DNA of 64,000 nucleotides from assembly GCF_022045235.1 (NCBI RefSeq), contig NW_027266297.1, positions 34,844,001-34,908,000 of the forward strand, given 5' to 3'. Made by a program: the position numbers and the translations under genes. Shown here in pieces: positions 1 to 14,654 of this stretch. A model generated the notes under the pieces. It worked only from the letters and a program-made list of their open reading frames with translations. It was not told the DNA's origin and did not search any database. Source of the DNA: Haliotis cracherodii. Lineage: Eukaryota. Position 1 is the stretch's first letter; every line of letters begins with the position of its first letter.

Positions 1-305
1 CACATGACGTTACTGTGGCTTGATGGGAAGCATGACAGGCCGTCAACTGTTGAAGAGTGATGGTGTGAAAGCGGGGATGCATGTGTGCAGGACTTCTACT
101 CTGTGGGGCCGGCCCTAACCTATCCCTTTCATGTTTGCTTTTTAATGAAGGGACTTAAGTAGAGTTTATTATGCTGTATCCATTGGGTGCACATATGTGT
201 TAAATCAAATGGCAGTGCCCTAAAAGAGCCACTTTGTTCTGATATTCTCCAGTCTCAACTGTAATTCAGAAGTAAATGTATGGTAGGGATCTCTCCATCT
301 CCAGA

Positions 306-468
306 GGTGGTCAGGTAGCCCAGTGGTTAAAGTGTTAGTTCTTCACGCCAAAAACCTGGGTTCAATTCCCGACATGGGTACAATGGGTACCATTTCTGGT
401 GCCCCCCTCCGTGATATTGCTGGAATATTGCTAAAAGCGGCGTAAACCCAAACTCACTCACCCACTCG
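306..468 (+). mobile_element. tRNA-derived SINE, family A
   Basis: A box (tagcccagtgg), B box (ggttcaattcc), (ACTC)n tail, 15-bp TSD ctctccatctccaga at 291-305 and 469-483. Confidence 0.9.
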
Positions 469-1420
469 CTCTCCATCTCCAGAAATGTTTAATCACAAAT
501 GCACTTGACCATCATATTACCAAAATAAGTTAACCCTGATATGTCATTATCAATTAGAGTAAACCAACTTTCCAGAAATTAACCAAATTATCAACATTTC
601 ATAATGAGTGCAAGGGCTTTATGTAACCACCGATTTATCTGATCCAGACCCAGTTATTATGGCAGCCATCATGTTGCTAGAATATTAAGGACTGCGGCTT
701 TAAACAACAATTAAGCATGTTCTTTTTCGATCCGTAAATTGTATGGCAACAAGTTCTTCTCAGTGTTCCCCTGAAGCACCTGCAAGATAGGATCAGTTGT
801 TCCCCTGTTAGCAGCCAGATACACAGTTCATTCTGCAGCATCATCCATCACATACTGGCATCAGCTCGGATTTCAACACTTTGTAAAATATGAACCTAAA
901 AACAAAGGAGGAAATGTCAGGACTGCATTTTCAGGAGAGAAAAAGCTGTGATACACCCTCAGCATACCTCGCGGAGAAAACAGCATCAGTGTCTTTGATA
1001 ACCGAGAAATTGTTTTGGGGGTGTGAATGACAATAGCGCTAATAAGCATGTTTGAAGGTGTACCTAGTAACTTGTGTTCTGTCACACAGAGTACCAGGTC
1101 ATGGCTTCCAGATGGGTTATGTCACTTCTTGTAAGCCGCTAGGATCAGTGAGAAATTGTATCCGGTGTGACACAGTCACCCTCACACTCAAATTGATGAG
1201 CTCAGACTCCCAAGAAATACACTTGCACAAGTCTCTACAGGCATTATCAGTTAATCTAACATTCACAGTTCATTTTTCTTTGAATTTAAAGTAAAGTTTA
1301 AAAAAAGTTAAATTTGGATAAAATCAAGAAATTTAATTCCAAATAGAAGACTGACGTCTTTAGGCTAATTACCAAGTTTTAATAACCGTAATGACACAGG
1401 TTTTTCCTCCTTCAGTCAAG

Positions 1421-1552
1421 GGGCTGTGGGGTAGCCTCATGGTTAACGCGTTCACTCCGGGTTCAATTCCCCACATGGTTACTATGTTTGAAGCCCATTT
1501 CTGGTGTATTGCTGGAATATTGCTAAGAGTGGCATAAAACCATTCTCACTCA
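1421..1552 (+). mobile_element. SINE family A (internal deletions)
   Basis: A/B boxes, shared tail, TSD ctccttcag(t/a)caag. Confidence 0.88.
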
Positions 1553-3688
1553 CTCCTTCAGACAAGCCTAGGAGCAAGGCTATCCCAGCAATGTCTCCAG
1601 TTGTCCCCTGGGTCCTGAATGGTTATATTATATCACTGATATTCGGAAAATAATGTACTTGTACTTCATTGATCGATGAAAGTAAATCACAAGCTCATCA
1701 GCAGGTCATTCTTATGAAGGCTTGGGCCTATTTCTGTTTTTGAAGAATCACTTTCAGGGACGGATTTCTTCAATCTGATTTGCTACTTGCAGAAATGGCT
1801 ATTAAAACTGAAACATGTCCACCTGTCATCTGGATGTTATTACTAATATCGATAACCCTCCAGATGATTGTCAATGACAGAATGCATTTGTTTGGGGGAT
1901 GTGGGGGTGGGGGGTGGGGGGTGGAACAGTGTTGAATATTTACATTACTCTTTCCAAGACAGTTGAGCCAGAAAAAAATCCACCTTGTTTAATTAGCTGC
2001 TAAGGGCGGTAGGAATTGTTGGTGAAAATGATCCTCCAATAAGATATTGTTGAAGCACCAGCAGGAATTGATGGGAAAGGTGTTTGGAGCCTGTAGATGG
2101 CTGGAGGAAACTGAACTTCTCTCTAACCCTTGCTAGAATGAACTTCGGTATCTCTTACAGTTGATGATAGACTGATCTGGATAAATATCTCTCTTGTTTT
2201 CATGGGCAGGAAAAAAGGCAAGTTTGATTCCTTTGGCATACCGAGCGATAATTACACATGTTGCATGGCCTGATGGGTCTTCATGAATGTTTGAACATGT
2301 ATATTGTGTGGACAGGTGTGTAATTGGTCTTCAGAGGTGTTTGTGTGTTCTGTTTCTGCCAGTGTTGTCACTTCATCACATGAAGCCAAGGTTTCAACTG
2401 AAAACATGAATGAATTGGCAAGTCAGTATAGGCACATATATACCATTCAGACAACAGCAGACATTTTATTGTTTTGTCTGGTTGTTGTTTGTGTCTTAAG
2501 GCCATTTTAGCAATTAACATGTATTGAAAACTATTTAACCTAATGCTGAAGGTAAACATGTTAAAATCGGGTTCATATTTATCTTGACCTTCTGATCATA
2601 ATTAGTAAGTGCATTCAGGGTAGTTGAAACTTGATGCATGAGTCTTAAGTGGTTACAAAATGATTATTTGTTATTGAATATCTACCTTTGTTTGTATTCG
2701 AAACAGTGCTGGGCTTTTGGGAAGCAAACTTTTCAAAATAAACAAGTTGGATCTTTATTCTTCCACACTGCTTCATCATTGACGTAAGGCATTCATGAAT
2801 GTAAAAAAAGCTGAACTCTTATTAACCCCACATGTTTATTCATGAGTGATGAATAATATCAATTACGGTATTGAATAAAGGATATATAAGGTGCCCTAAA
2901 CTACCAAGAGAAATGTTTTCAGATGACATGTGTGTTGCCATATGTCAGCCAAATTATTTGTTTAACAAGTAATTAATTTATAGTGACCTCACCGCAAGGT
3001 TCTTTTCTGTAAGGGTTTCAGATATTGAGATATATTTCAGAATAGTTCAGAATATGAAAATTTAAGGATAGTCAACGTAGATTTCATATATTTCTGTTTG
3101 TGGAATGAAATTCATTACTCTGGTGTTTGGTTGGACAGCTGTCTAATTTCGCCATTTTGGCAAGTCTGTTGGCATTTAAAAGCGCAGGCTTTTTACTGAA
3201 TGTTTTTTATACTAATCTGGAAGGAGAACAGCTCGTTGTTTGTTTTCCCAGTGTATCCATCTTTCCATCTTTAACTGCGACATCTACTGTGTTATTCTGG
3301 TTTCCACTTGTGAGTCTTCTCACACAGACCCACCGCAAGATGAGCTAATGGTTTGTTTATGCTGAGATCTAGTTTACCCAACATCTCCTAAAGAATGGAT
3401 CGTCTGCACCCTGCATTTACTTTCTCAAAATAAATGTCTTGCACTCTGTTTGGAGGCTGCAGATAAGTATGAGCATTTGGTTATTGTCCGCTTCATGCAT
3501 GAGTTGAACATCTTCCAGAGGAAGGTTGTGAATTGACGTGGTCTTTTAGGATGTTGTAACATTAGAGGGTTGATGCGGGATTGGGGCATTCTAGAAATAA
3601 AGTGATGTATGTATGGAATGTGGGCTGCAGTAGGGTTGTGCCCCCCCCCCCTTCGACCAACTTGACCCTTGTCATTCTCACATTTGGT

Positions 3689-3852
3689 GGGGGGCGGATA
3701 GCCTAGTGGTTAAAGCGTTCACTCGTCACGCCAAAGACCCGGGTTCAAATCCCCGACATGTGTACAATGTGTGAAACCCATTTCTGTTGTCTCCCGCTGG
3801 GATATTGCTGGAATATTGCTAAAAGCAGCGTAAAACCAAACTCACTCACTCA
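3689..3852 (+). mobile_element. SINE family A
   Basis: Full length; TSD ctcacattt(g/t)gtg. Confidence 0.9.
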
Positions 3853-6207
3853 CTCACATTTTGTGCCCTCAGTAGGTGCAATATTAGTAAAACCAGCCAT
3901 TTAAACCTACATACAACACACACTTTAATGGTTGTGAATATCCTATTAGGCTGGCTTCATCTATGTATAAATCTAGCTCACAAACCCCAAACAGCACTAT
4001 TGTTTCCAGGACCACATAATTACATTTGTAAGACTTAATAAGGTCTAAATTAGCATAAACCAAACCACATTAATAAAAATAAATTTGGAAATTGCTCGCA
4101 TCTGGTGCCATACCTCCCTGACAATGATATAACGAAGAAGCGTCTACCAGATGTTGCATCTTAGAGAAGCAGCCGATTTCCCACTGAGATTTTAATGAAC
4201 ATAGTTCCAGTTTACAAGATGTCCTCTTCGTACCTCATTAGTATGCCACTTATAGCTGTTTCCAGTTTAAAGATGCTCTTATATCCAATTAGCTTGATAA
4301 AAGGACCAAGTTGCTTTGAATAATCTGCATTTTGGTGTAAATTTTGGTGACATGGACAGGAGTCTTTGAAAAAGGGAGATCATTTTCAAAGGTGGTGTCG
4401 CGTTACATGCGTTTACATTAAATTGTCGCTTGAGTCAGCGTCAATTATGATCAAACATGTGATAAAGCTGAAACTGTTGCCTTCTTGTAAAACTGTAGAG
4501 CTTTGAAACCTCAAAGAAACTCTCTTTTCAAACCTACAAAAAATAAGGCCTCGTTCCCGTTAAGATTGATCATATAATTGTGTGAGAAAATTATGTTAAA
4601 CTCAAGATAAATGTATTAGCCTAACTACAAATAGTTTTGTACCAGAACCATTAACCATCATTGACAAATTATTTCATGACCAGCTGGAGAGTGCTCCTTT
4701 ACTTATATCATTTTCACAATAAGCTAATTGATCCCAAAAGCTTTCGCCATTTTTTATTGTCCTACCATTATAATGGGCAGCTGTTGAGTTTTTGTCAAAG
4801 ACAATGCAATCAGGGAACGTCATAAATAAAGTGTTTTCATCCTTGTCAGTCAAGTGGAACATTATGTCATCATATGTCCAATGGAGCAAGGTTGAAAATG
4901 ATGGCCTCACAACAAAGCCAAACTCAGTTGATGTTCTAGCCTTGACAAGATGGTGTGTATAGATGGAGTTTTGTGGAAGATGATGTGAGAGAGTATTTGT
5001 GGATGGACATTTCAAGCAGAACCTGGCATTAAATGAATCAATCTCTTGAGAATCAGCTGTAAAAATATATACCAGTAATTCTTAAAAGTTATATTTGTTG
5101 TTGTCTAGAGGATAAAAAATATTCAACTTGGACAGATGAGGATGTAATATGAAACACAGTTTAGAAGGATTTGTTAATGGTGTTTTTGACACGCCCTCCA
5201 AGGTGAGCCTTAAAACTTGGGCATATGGCTTAGAATTGCAGAGAAAGATGCCAGTCTCAAGCTCCTTGCTGTGATGTGTTAGGGTTTTAACTCACAGATT
5301 ATGGCTGTCTGTGTCCATGTAACCAGATACAGGAGAAACTTAGATTTCCTTCCAACCTTCCTACAGGATAAATATTTGTTTCTCAGCAGGACCATCTATG
5401 AAAAAATGAAAAAAAAAAGGTGGAACTTTGATTGCCTCTGCACGATAAGTACATCTGATTGATAAAGCTTACACCTGTTTAGAAATGCAGTGGTGAGGGC
5501 CTGAGGATATTAAACAGTCATAATATATCTGATATCCTGCAAGATTTGCATATCCAAATGTTGAAAAAAAATCAACATTAACTCTTATCCTCCAAGATGT
5601 GACACATGATGTTATAAATGTCTTGAATAGTTGTTGTGATATCTCTAATAAAAATGTCAGAATTAAGTAATTCACACAAATGTCCTGAAACACTTTTCAT
5701 GATAGCGAAATACACATGTCCATGTTTGTTAGAGTAACGCAAGGAAGAAGAATATTAATTTCTAAAGTTATGAAAAAAACTTTAAATTCCCCAATAGAAA
5801 AAGACTGCACTACAAGATACAAGTGATATCACAAGGAGCACCTGTTCAAGTCTTCTCTCATGGAGGCTGAAAAGTGTATGTTTGCTCAAGTTCATGTTCC
5901 CAGCAGATGCCTCTCTGTCAGACCAAAAGACTCTTTGTGCCTTATGTAGAAGCATTCCCCAAAATTGCTCTATGTTTAGGCTACAGCTCTTTGATGGATT
6001 ATCCAGATTGGTGTGTTTTCTGACAACTGGAGAGGTTTTCAACATTTGGGCAGTTGAGGTACTTGATCATTGAAGCTGTTGACATGACCTGTGCTGAAGA
6101 TAAGAATGAAAGGTCCCATGCATTGGCTTACCACTGTCAGTTATTTTATCATTTGTGTCTAATTTATCTGGTTCTCTAGTGGAATAATGAGGGTTCTGTT
6201 TCTCTCT

Positions 6208-6432
6208 GTCCCTTGGGCACGCCAGAAGCCTATGATTGTGGGTTCGAATCCCAGTTCGCCCTGATTATGTTTCTAGGTTTGTCAGCACCAAACCCTTGCT
6301 CAACGGTTTCACCGAAGTGGTAAATGTCTGAGAGCTGCATCACCTCGGGCTTTCCTCCCACATTAAGCTACCACACCGTGATAGAACTGGAATACTGTTA
6401 AAAGCGGCATTAAACCCAACTCACTCACTCAC
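6208..6432 (+). mobile_element. SINE family C, 5'-truncated
   Basis: B box gggttcgaatccc, ctttcctcccaca motif, (ACTC)n tail; TSD tctgtt(t/a)ctctc. Confidence 0.88.
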
Positions 6433-9310
6433 TCTGTTACTCTCCAAATACTGAAATTGTGTTACTTGGATAGTTTTGTTCCATTGGTTGGATATTTATC
6501 TGTTAATTAATACAATAAATAAAGCGACAAAACCCTTTCCATATCCGATGGAAATTTCTGCATAAAGCAGAGTCACTTGTTAATTCCGACTATATCATGA
6601 GCATGTGTTTATGAATCACTATCAAATAGTGGTGATACCAGGTGTTCACGAAAAGGTGAGCTTATCCTGCCCCACCTGTGGCACCCATCACAAACACATG
6701 CAAAGTAAAGTCAATTGTTCACCAGAAAAAAACAGTAGAACATATGGTACAAGCCAAAATAGGGTATTGCATCGGACATCATTTTTGTCACTGTGTCAAA
6801 TTTGGAAATGTCCTCCACATACAATACAAGTCATGTGTTATAATATTATTTTGCTCCATGTTATACACATGTATTATAATAATGTAGTTATCAGAAGGAA
6901 AAGAGTGTTCGTTAAAATGTGGTTTGATACTTACTTAGCTTCAAATGGGTGTAACTTTCTTTGGGGGATCATTTTCCTGCTTAAGTAAGTCGTAGACATC
7001 AGAACAAAAATGTTTCTTAATCAACTGTTTACGGCTGGTCTACGCATTATAAACCTCTAACGTGAAATCTGTAAAAGTGTAAATGTACTTCAAATGTTTT
7101 GGAACAACATCAGCTATATAGGAAATAACACAATAATCTATTTTCAACAGTAAATAATGTTTGCCTGCCACACTGGGAAATCCAGTTGAGCCAACTTTGT
7201 AAGGACGGCTGTGTGTTGCCATTCTGGTAAGACTATTAGCGGCAGGGCAAGACACTTTATGATGGCAGGGAACAATACACTTACTGCCCACAGGATGCAG
7301 CCATCTTGGATCTACGCTGTATGGCGGGCATGATATAATGGCAAGTGATAGGGAAAAAATGCTTGAAATGTAGGCTCCAACTTGTAATCTTTACTGAACT
7401 GTTGACACAAGTTAAGTTCAACATCAGCCTATTTCAGCAAGTCTATAAATATGTGTATGCAGATTCTTTAAATAAAATTAATGGAAAGAGTTCATGGGAC
7501 TTGTTCACCATTTGAATATTTTGAATTACATTCTGCATCCTTGAAATCGATGAATTCATGCCCCATGCTGTTTTGGAGGGATCTGCCTCCTATCAGACAA
7601 TGAAACTCCCACCATTTTGGCCATTTAGTCACAGAAACTGCTTTTAACGGAAACTGTTTCAGTGGAGCAAATTCTCAGCCATGGGATGTAAACCATTCCA
7701 GCAATAAGTATCCAATGGAGCTATATTAATGTGCATATACACTACTAATCTCTCCTTCATCCCTACAGAGACACCCATTACAATCGTGGGATGCGATGAT
7801 GCACTAAATGAAGCTCTAGCCAAATGAAAGCTTACAGATGCCTAAGTAGATTCAAAATCGAACCTTTTATTGACGGGGGATGAGCAGTTTCAATGCTGGA
7901 GTAAGTGCAAAGATCATGAAATTATTGATAAATGATCGCAAACACCATCCACGGTGAATGGTGGAATGTGCAGCAGTTTAAAAACATGTCCATCTGTGGT
8001 TGTCATGACACACTGAGAATGGACGTTGCGACCATTAAGCGGAGACATGTTTGGTAACTTTCCGTCAATTTTTTGCGAGGCATTGTGAGATATTAGTTTG
8101 ATCTTCCATAGTTATTTAATATTTTGGTATTTGAAGCTTAGTGGTGGATGTATTCTGTACTGTGGTGCATTAGAACGAGAAACGTTAGATGTTTATACTT
8201 TAGAGAATAGTTGCCGATCGTCGTGGTTACTGTTGGCACTCAGACACTGTTTGAGTCATCCAATGACCCAGTCCTAGTCAAACTATCCATCACATATAAT
8301 GCATTATTGATAAGTAGATACAGAAAATTTATGACTGAATGTCAGTTTGACTCGAAGCTACAAAATATTTCTTGATGGGCAACACTTGTAATTTGATTGC
8401 CATCCTACCACTGCCCTTGTTTGTGAAACACTCATTCTTGTCATCCATTAATAAAACAGTTCCACATCTACTTTTGTAGATGGAGAAGGATGAGTGCCGC
8501 TCGAATTAAGTTTCTGAAAAATGATGATTGTTTTAAGTTTGGCAGTGATCAGAAAATAAGTGATCTCCTTATTCCACCATAAATACTGTGTATGAACATT
8601 TCAAGCTGATAATGTTTGAAATTCAGAATGAGGGTCAAGGGGTCCTTGTCATGACCCTTAAGAAATTGTTACAGAATTTTTGGGTCCAGATTATACCAGT
8701 GACAGAAAACCTCGAACACCCCAGGAGCCTTTAGTTTGGGGGGCTGAGGTGAACTCACAACTGAGTATGATTACCATATTGCTCTCCAAATTCCTTCTTG
8801 GTTCAGATTCAGTGAACTCCTACTCCTACTGCCCATATGTAATAAATGAAATCCAATTTACACACAGTAATGGGTTATCCAGCATGCCCTTTGGCCTTCT
8901 GTGTGATGTTCATAAACATGTGAATATTTGATGATGAAGTTTTTCCCCACAGACGACTGGGAGCTGGGGTTAGGTGGGGCTCTGATATGTTCAGCTGGGC
9001 TTGGGTGGACTAGCCATTGCAATTCCATGGCGCCTTTGGCCGGGTGAGAATGGTAAAGGCCTGAAACACATTTCGGTTTATGGTTCAGCCGACTATTTAG
9101 TCAATGGCTTGATTGTTGGTGTTGAGGGTCAGGGAAATGAATAAGAATGCGAAATAAATCCATATATCCAAATATTTTTTTTTTTTACAGTTTGCATGTT
9201 AATGACAAATTTGATTAGTTTTATTTTGTGTTCTTTGATTTCTGTGTAAATTATGTATGTGTGTATAAACGTGGCTACTAATGGCTCATTGCTGTGTCTA
9301 TACCTGTATA

Positions 9311-9541
9311 CCCCCATGAAGATCCAGGTGAGAATTGTCCTCCGCAACCCATGCTTGTGAATAGAGGTTACTAACGGAATCAGGTGGTCAGGCTGGCTGA
9401 CTTGATTGATGCATGTCATGGTATTCCAATTGCATAGATCGATGCTGATTGTGTCAATCACTGGATTGTCTAGTCCCGACTCAATTATATACACATATAG
9501 CTGGAATATGGCTGAGTGCGACATTAAACAACAAACAAACA
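9311..9541 (+). mobile_element. SINE family B
   Basis: Body cccatgcttg...ggtggtcaggct...atcactggattgtct; tail gctggaata..gctgagtgcg..ttaaacaacaaacaaac. Confidence 0.87.
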
Positions 9542-10895
9542 AGATCATGATCACTAGACCACAATGATTTTTGTCAGAATAATGTTATTCATCCCACAGA
9601 CAAGTAAGAACAAACACAATGCCTCTCGCTATCTTCCCCATCTGCAGTGTCCAGGGATTGGCTACATGTTGGTCGTTTTCACTCCTCCTTGCTAGGCTAG
9701 TATCCTATATGTGTTTTTATACCACACTACCACAACATGTACAAGTGTTTCCCTTATTGGCCTCACTTGAACTGACGGGCATAACGGTGTACAGCCTGGG
9801 TGCTAATAGGCATGGAGTGATTGATTGTTTTCATTTTGCAAGAACAGAGGACCTGACCACTCAGAAATGTTTATATACAGTGGATTAGTGTTTTAAGTCA
9901 AGGAACATTATGAACAGCTGGTTCTGGTGCTAGATCGAGATATTAAAGGGAGTGAGGGGATGGAATTGTGATGGGTCTCGCGGGTCATGTTGAGTCGGGG
10001 AAATGTAATGGCTGTGTGATGCAGATGTGCACTGAGGGGCTGGGATGGGTTTGTCTCCCTGTTGAAGAGAACAGTATTTACCCACTTGTCGTACGCCCAA
10101 GCCTCATAACATTTCTTTCGGTCAAGTAAGCTTCGGCAACAGCCCATATAAAGAGTAAAACCTGTTTTGGGAAAGTAGGCTCTGGTTGTGTCACAGAATT
10201 GTCTTTCTTTCAGACTCCAAGCAAATTAACCATTCTATTTTCGACCCCTTCTCAGCTCTAGCAGCCTATATGCATCCCTTTTACAGCCCCTGAAATGAAG
10301 AGACTCTTAAGAGATGAAAGGCTCTTTTAATGCTCATTTGTTCACTTATAGAATGATTTCTATTAACCGTACACATAGCTATTTTTCTGGGACTATGTGT
10401 AAGTCTGGGACATGGTGCGAAAGGGGAGTGGTGTCTTATCATGCAGACAGGTGATATCGAGGATGGTTGTAGGATGATCTAGTATCCGGTTGGTTCAAGT
10501 GCTGTATCTCATGTGATAGGAGGAATCTGCTAGGATGGATGGAGAGCTTGGCTTGTCTCCTGGGTGGTGTTGACTTGATGAACCTTCTTTCTGGTAAAAG
10601 GTAGATAAGTTAATCTTGCCCATTGACATTACTGGTTTTGAGGGGTAGAAAGGGTAATTCTAATGGATCAGATGGTTGGGCCTGTTGACTTAGTTGATAC
10701 TGTGTCCTTGTACCCCAGTGATGTGGATCGTAGCTCATGATATCTATCACTGTCAAGGCTGGTTCAGATTTGATTATTTAGAGGCCACTGTCTTCTAGAT
10801 GGAATATTGCTGAGTGAAGCAAAAAAAAAACTTGCTCTGAACTTGGGTCATAGCATCATTTCAGTACTTTTTGTGGTGACCATGTGGACTTCCTG

Positions 10896-11242
10896 CAGCC
10901 TCATGCTCTCTGACCTCCGACAGCCTCATGCTCTCTGACCTCCGACAGCCTCATGCTATTTGACCTCGACAGCCTCGTGCTCTCTGACCTCCGACAGCCT
11001 CATGCCCTCTGACCTCCGACAGTCTCATGCTCACTGACCTCCGACAGTCTCATACCCTCTGACCTCTGACAGCGTCATGCCCCCTGACCTCTGACAGCCT
11101 CATGCTCCCTGACCTCCGACAGCCTCATGCTCACTGACCTCCTACAGCCTCATGCCCTCTGACCTCCGACAGCCTCATGCCCTCTGACCTCCGACAGCCT
11201 CATGCTCTCTGACCTCCGACAGCCTCATGCTCACTGTCCTCC
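10896..11242. repeat. Minisatellite, 25-bp unit, ~14 copies
   Basis: cagcctcatgctctctgacctccga. Confidence 0.95.
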
Positions 11243-12280
11243 ACCAGAAATGTTTTTGAAGCACACAGGCATCTGAGGTGTGATGACATATTCCACAATC
11301 AAACCTTCACTAAATCGTCTGGTTTATGGGGACGAATCATATCTTGGGAGCCTTTTAACTTACTTAAGTGTACACTATGGAACATTAATTCTTCCTTGAC
11401 ATTTTGACATACTGTGTTGGCTCGCTCTGTGCCAGACATGCCCTGTTGCAGCTTCTCACCCAATGCAACTTTCAGAAATTCTCTCAGTGATGTGACAGCC
11501 TTAGACTCGAGACTCTCACATTAACTGGACGTCTACACTAAAACTACAGACAGAGAGACCTAGAAATAGACTAATCTGATTGACTATTTTGTGTATATGT
11601 CATGTAGATCCTCGAGCCTATCTTCCTGTAGGTCTCTGTGGTGTTACTGTAGGCCTGGTGTGGGTTGCATCACTCCACGAGCAGAGAATGTAGGTAATTG
11701 CACTGATATCATCAACGAACAGGTAATTAGTGACTGTATGGAACACAGAGGGTGATGTATAGTGTACAAGTCGCACTCACACTCGGGATGCTTACACCAA
11801 ACTACAGGGCTATCTTCTAGCCTGTATCTCTCCATCTTGTTACGTTAGAAATTACCCTGTTAGTGTAAAAAGTGTGACTTGTTTTGTGTGTTGTCAATGA
11901 AGTGTGGTTTACTTCTATACACTACTGATCCCTATCAAATCAGCAGAAACCGAAGTTTGTTTAACATGCAATCAGGGATTGAGGCTGTTGTTTTTCACAG
12001 ACAGTTTGCTTTCTGAAAGGCATGTGGAAATAGTTGGCAAATAAAGTCATAATTTCAGTTGAGTAAATGCAGCTTCTATTGTCTTCCACAAGATTCTGTC
12101 TTCTACTGATAAACAATCATGAAAATCATTACTGAATAAGACGTTTTCATTCAAATGATTGTCCAAGCAGGACCTGGAGTAACTGAAAATAATAGACCAT
12201 CAAAACAAACCATTCATAACCAACAATCTATGTTGAGTTCACAACCTAATCACTCATAAATCATTGTTCCTGACAAGATA

Positions 12281-12446
12281 GGGGCGGTTGGGTAGCCTGG
12301 TGGTTAAAGCGTTCGCTCGTCACGCCGAAGCCCCGGGTTCGATTCCCGACATTGGTACAGTGTTTGAAGCCCATTTCTGTTGTCCCCCGCCGTGATATAG
12401 CTGGAATATTGCTTAAAGCAGCGTAAAACCATGCTCACTCACTCAC
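12281..12446 (+). mobile_element. SINE family A (putative donor of the flank carried by the 14655 copy)
   Basis: Full length; TSD tcctgacaagat at 12268-12279 and 12447-12458. Confidence 0.92.
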
Positions 12447-13237
12447 TCCTGACAAGATGAGTATGAGAAAACAAGTCGCTTCTACGCCACTATTACAGTC
12501 ACTTGTATAGATAGTTGTTCACTCACACAGGTGTCTAAGGCGACAGAAATCTATCAAGATGGGTTCATTCCCAGTAAAGAGTTAGCATCTGTGACCTGCA
12601 CCACTTCGGGCTTTCCTCCCACAGAAAAGCTGATATTCCGTGATATAACTGAAGCACTTTTCAAAAGCTGGGTTAAGCCAAGCTCTCTAACTCATTGTAA
12701 GAACATGGTGAGAATATGTCAAGAAGTTGATCTCCAAAGAAGCCCAGAATTTTCCCTGGATCCAATTTGTGTAGGTATGGAGTGAAGGTCTCACCCTAGT
12801 CAAGTCTGCTGATAAATGCCAAGCTTATACAGCCATCATGTCAGAGGTGCCAACTTTTTACCACATCTCTACAGCCTGTTATTCCACATGTGGACAGTCT
12901 TTTGTTGTTGTGAGGATTGGAACGCCGACTCGCATGTCTGATGTGCAGTCAGCTTCTAGAAGCAGGCGGGTGTCAGGGGAGGGGAGTTACACTTACTAAA
13001 TTGTCAGAAGACGAGCTGAAAGTAATGAATAGGACGTAAGAACCTCTGGACAGAATACCAAGAGGTGAAGCTTAGCTGACCAAGCTGTGACACAGAACAT
13101 GAATCTTGGCCCCGAGTCAAGTTGTGGCTTGACTCATCAGTGCCTCGTGTTGCTCAACATGGACAAATGACTGCAGGTTACAGTATGGTGAGATCTGGTT
13201 CCCATCCCACACAGCACTCTTACCAATATGATGGGTG

Positions 13238-14010
13238 TAACTCCCATACTTTGATACCGACTTCCAACACTTGTAGCATTAAGATGATCGTAACTCCCAT
13301 ACAGTAAACTGTGTTTGTAACGAACACGCTTATAACGAACTGACCGATATAACGAACTTATTTTTTAGTACCGGCCATTTGTTGTAATTATGTTGTACAT
13401 ATGCTTATAACGAACTACGGTTATTATGAACTACAATTAGAGGTCCCTTTGACTTCGTTATAACTGTAGTTTACTGTACTTTGATATAGACTTCCGACAC
13501 TTATAGCATTAAGATGAATGAAACTCCCATACTTTAATACCAACTACTGACACTTGTGGCATTAAGAGCATCGTAACTCCCATACTATCAAATAGACTTC
13601 CGATACTTTTAGCACTAAGATGGACACTTGTAGCAACAAGATGGACACTTGTAGCAACAAGATCAACACATGCAGCACTAAGATGAACACATGTTGCACT
13701 AAGATCAACACTTGTAGCAACAAGATCAACACATGTAGCACTAACATGGACACATGTAGCACTAAGTACGACACTTGTAGCAACAAGATCGACACTTGTA
13801 GCAACAAGATCAACACATGTAGCACTAAGATGAACACATGTTGCACTAAGATCAACACTTGTAGCAACAAGATCAACACATGTAGCACTAAGATGGACAC
13901 ATGTAGCACTAAGATCAACACATGTAGCACTAAGATCAACACATGTAGCACTAAGATGGACACATGTAGCACTAAGATGGACACATGTAGCAACAAGATC
14001 TCTTTGTGCC
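13238..14010. repeat. MITE-E-derived tandem array: ~53-bp units then ~19 copies of a 21-bp unit
   Basis: aactcccatactttgata...cacttgtagcattaagatg units, then tagcactaagatcaacacatg. Confidence 0.9.
13302..13476. mobile_element. Tc1/mariner (pogo/Tigger-like) MITE
   Basis: TA|CAGTAAACT...AGTTTACTG|TA; removing it restores cccatactttgat of the host repeat. Confidence 0.87.
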
Positions 14011-14654
14011 CTTGCATGACTCACTTTCAATGGCTGATATTGCTAAAAAAGTGACTACAGGTTACAGTACGTGTTAAAAAAACAGAGGAGTGACTCCATC
14101 AGCAGGTGTTTATTTCTGCTGTTCACTTATCACTATAGCGTTTTGGGGCTGGTTCAGACAGACCTGCAAGCGGGAGTGCACCAGCCTGAAGTTGTAGTGA
14201 TGTGAGCCACATGTACGGCATTAAGTTTAACATTACTGGGTCTTCCTGTTGGGTCATGCCAATGTATTGGGTCTTGTAACAGTCTGGGGATGTAGGGTCA
14301 GCGGAGGAAGGCAGGTGAAACTAAACATGTTTGCCAGACTTTTCCAGACACCCACACTAGCTTACTTCACATCAAATATACTTCCTCTACTAAATATGCT
14401 TCCCCTCCTCTTCAAAAGCGTCTTATCTATCCCCTCTACCATGAAATATATTAACATGCATTTGACTTTTACATCTTGTATCAGCGCAGTAGGTGAGTGT
14501 TATTGATGCTGAGTTTGCTCATGCTAAGACATAAAAGGTGTTCTAATCTTGGCGCTACGCCTACCCTAAGATTGGGTTAAGCATTGGAGGACTCAGTTTT
14601 AGAGCTGGTATTGCTTTGTGGAACAGAATCTTGGTCTTTGCTCAGTTGTAATAA

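Noticed and set aside
13509-14054. Three long repetitive ORFs (173, 151, 144 aa)
   Set aside because: Artefact of the 21-bp tandem unit being a multiple of 3; MITE-derived
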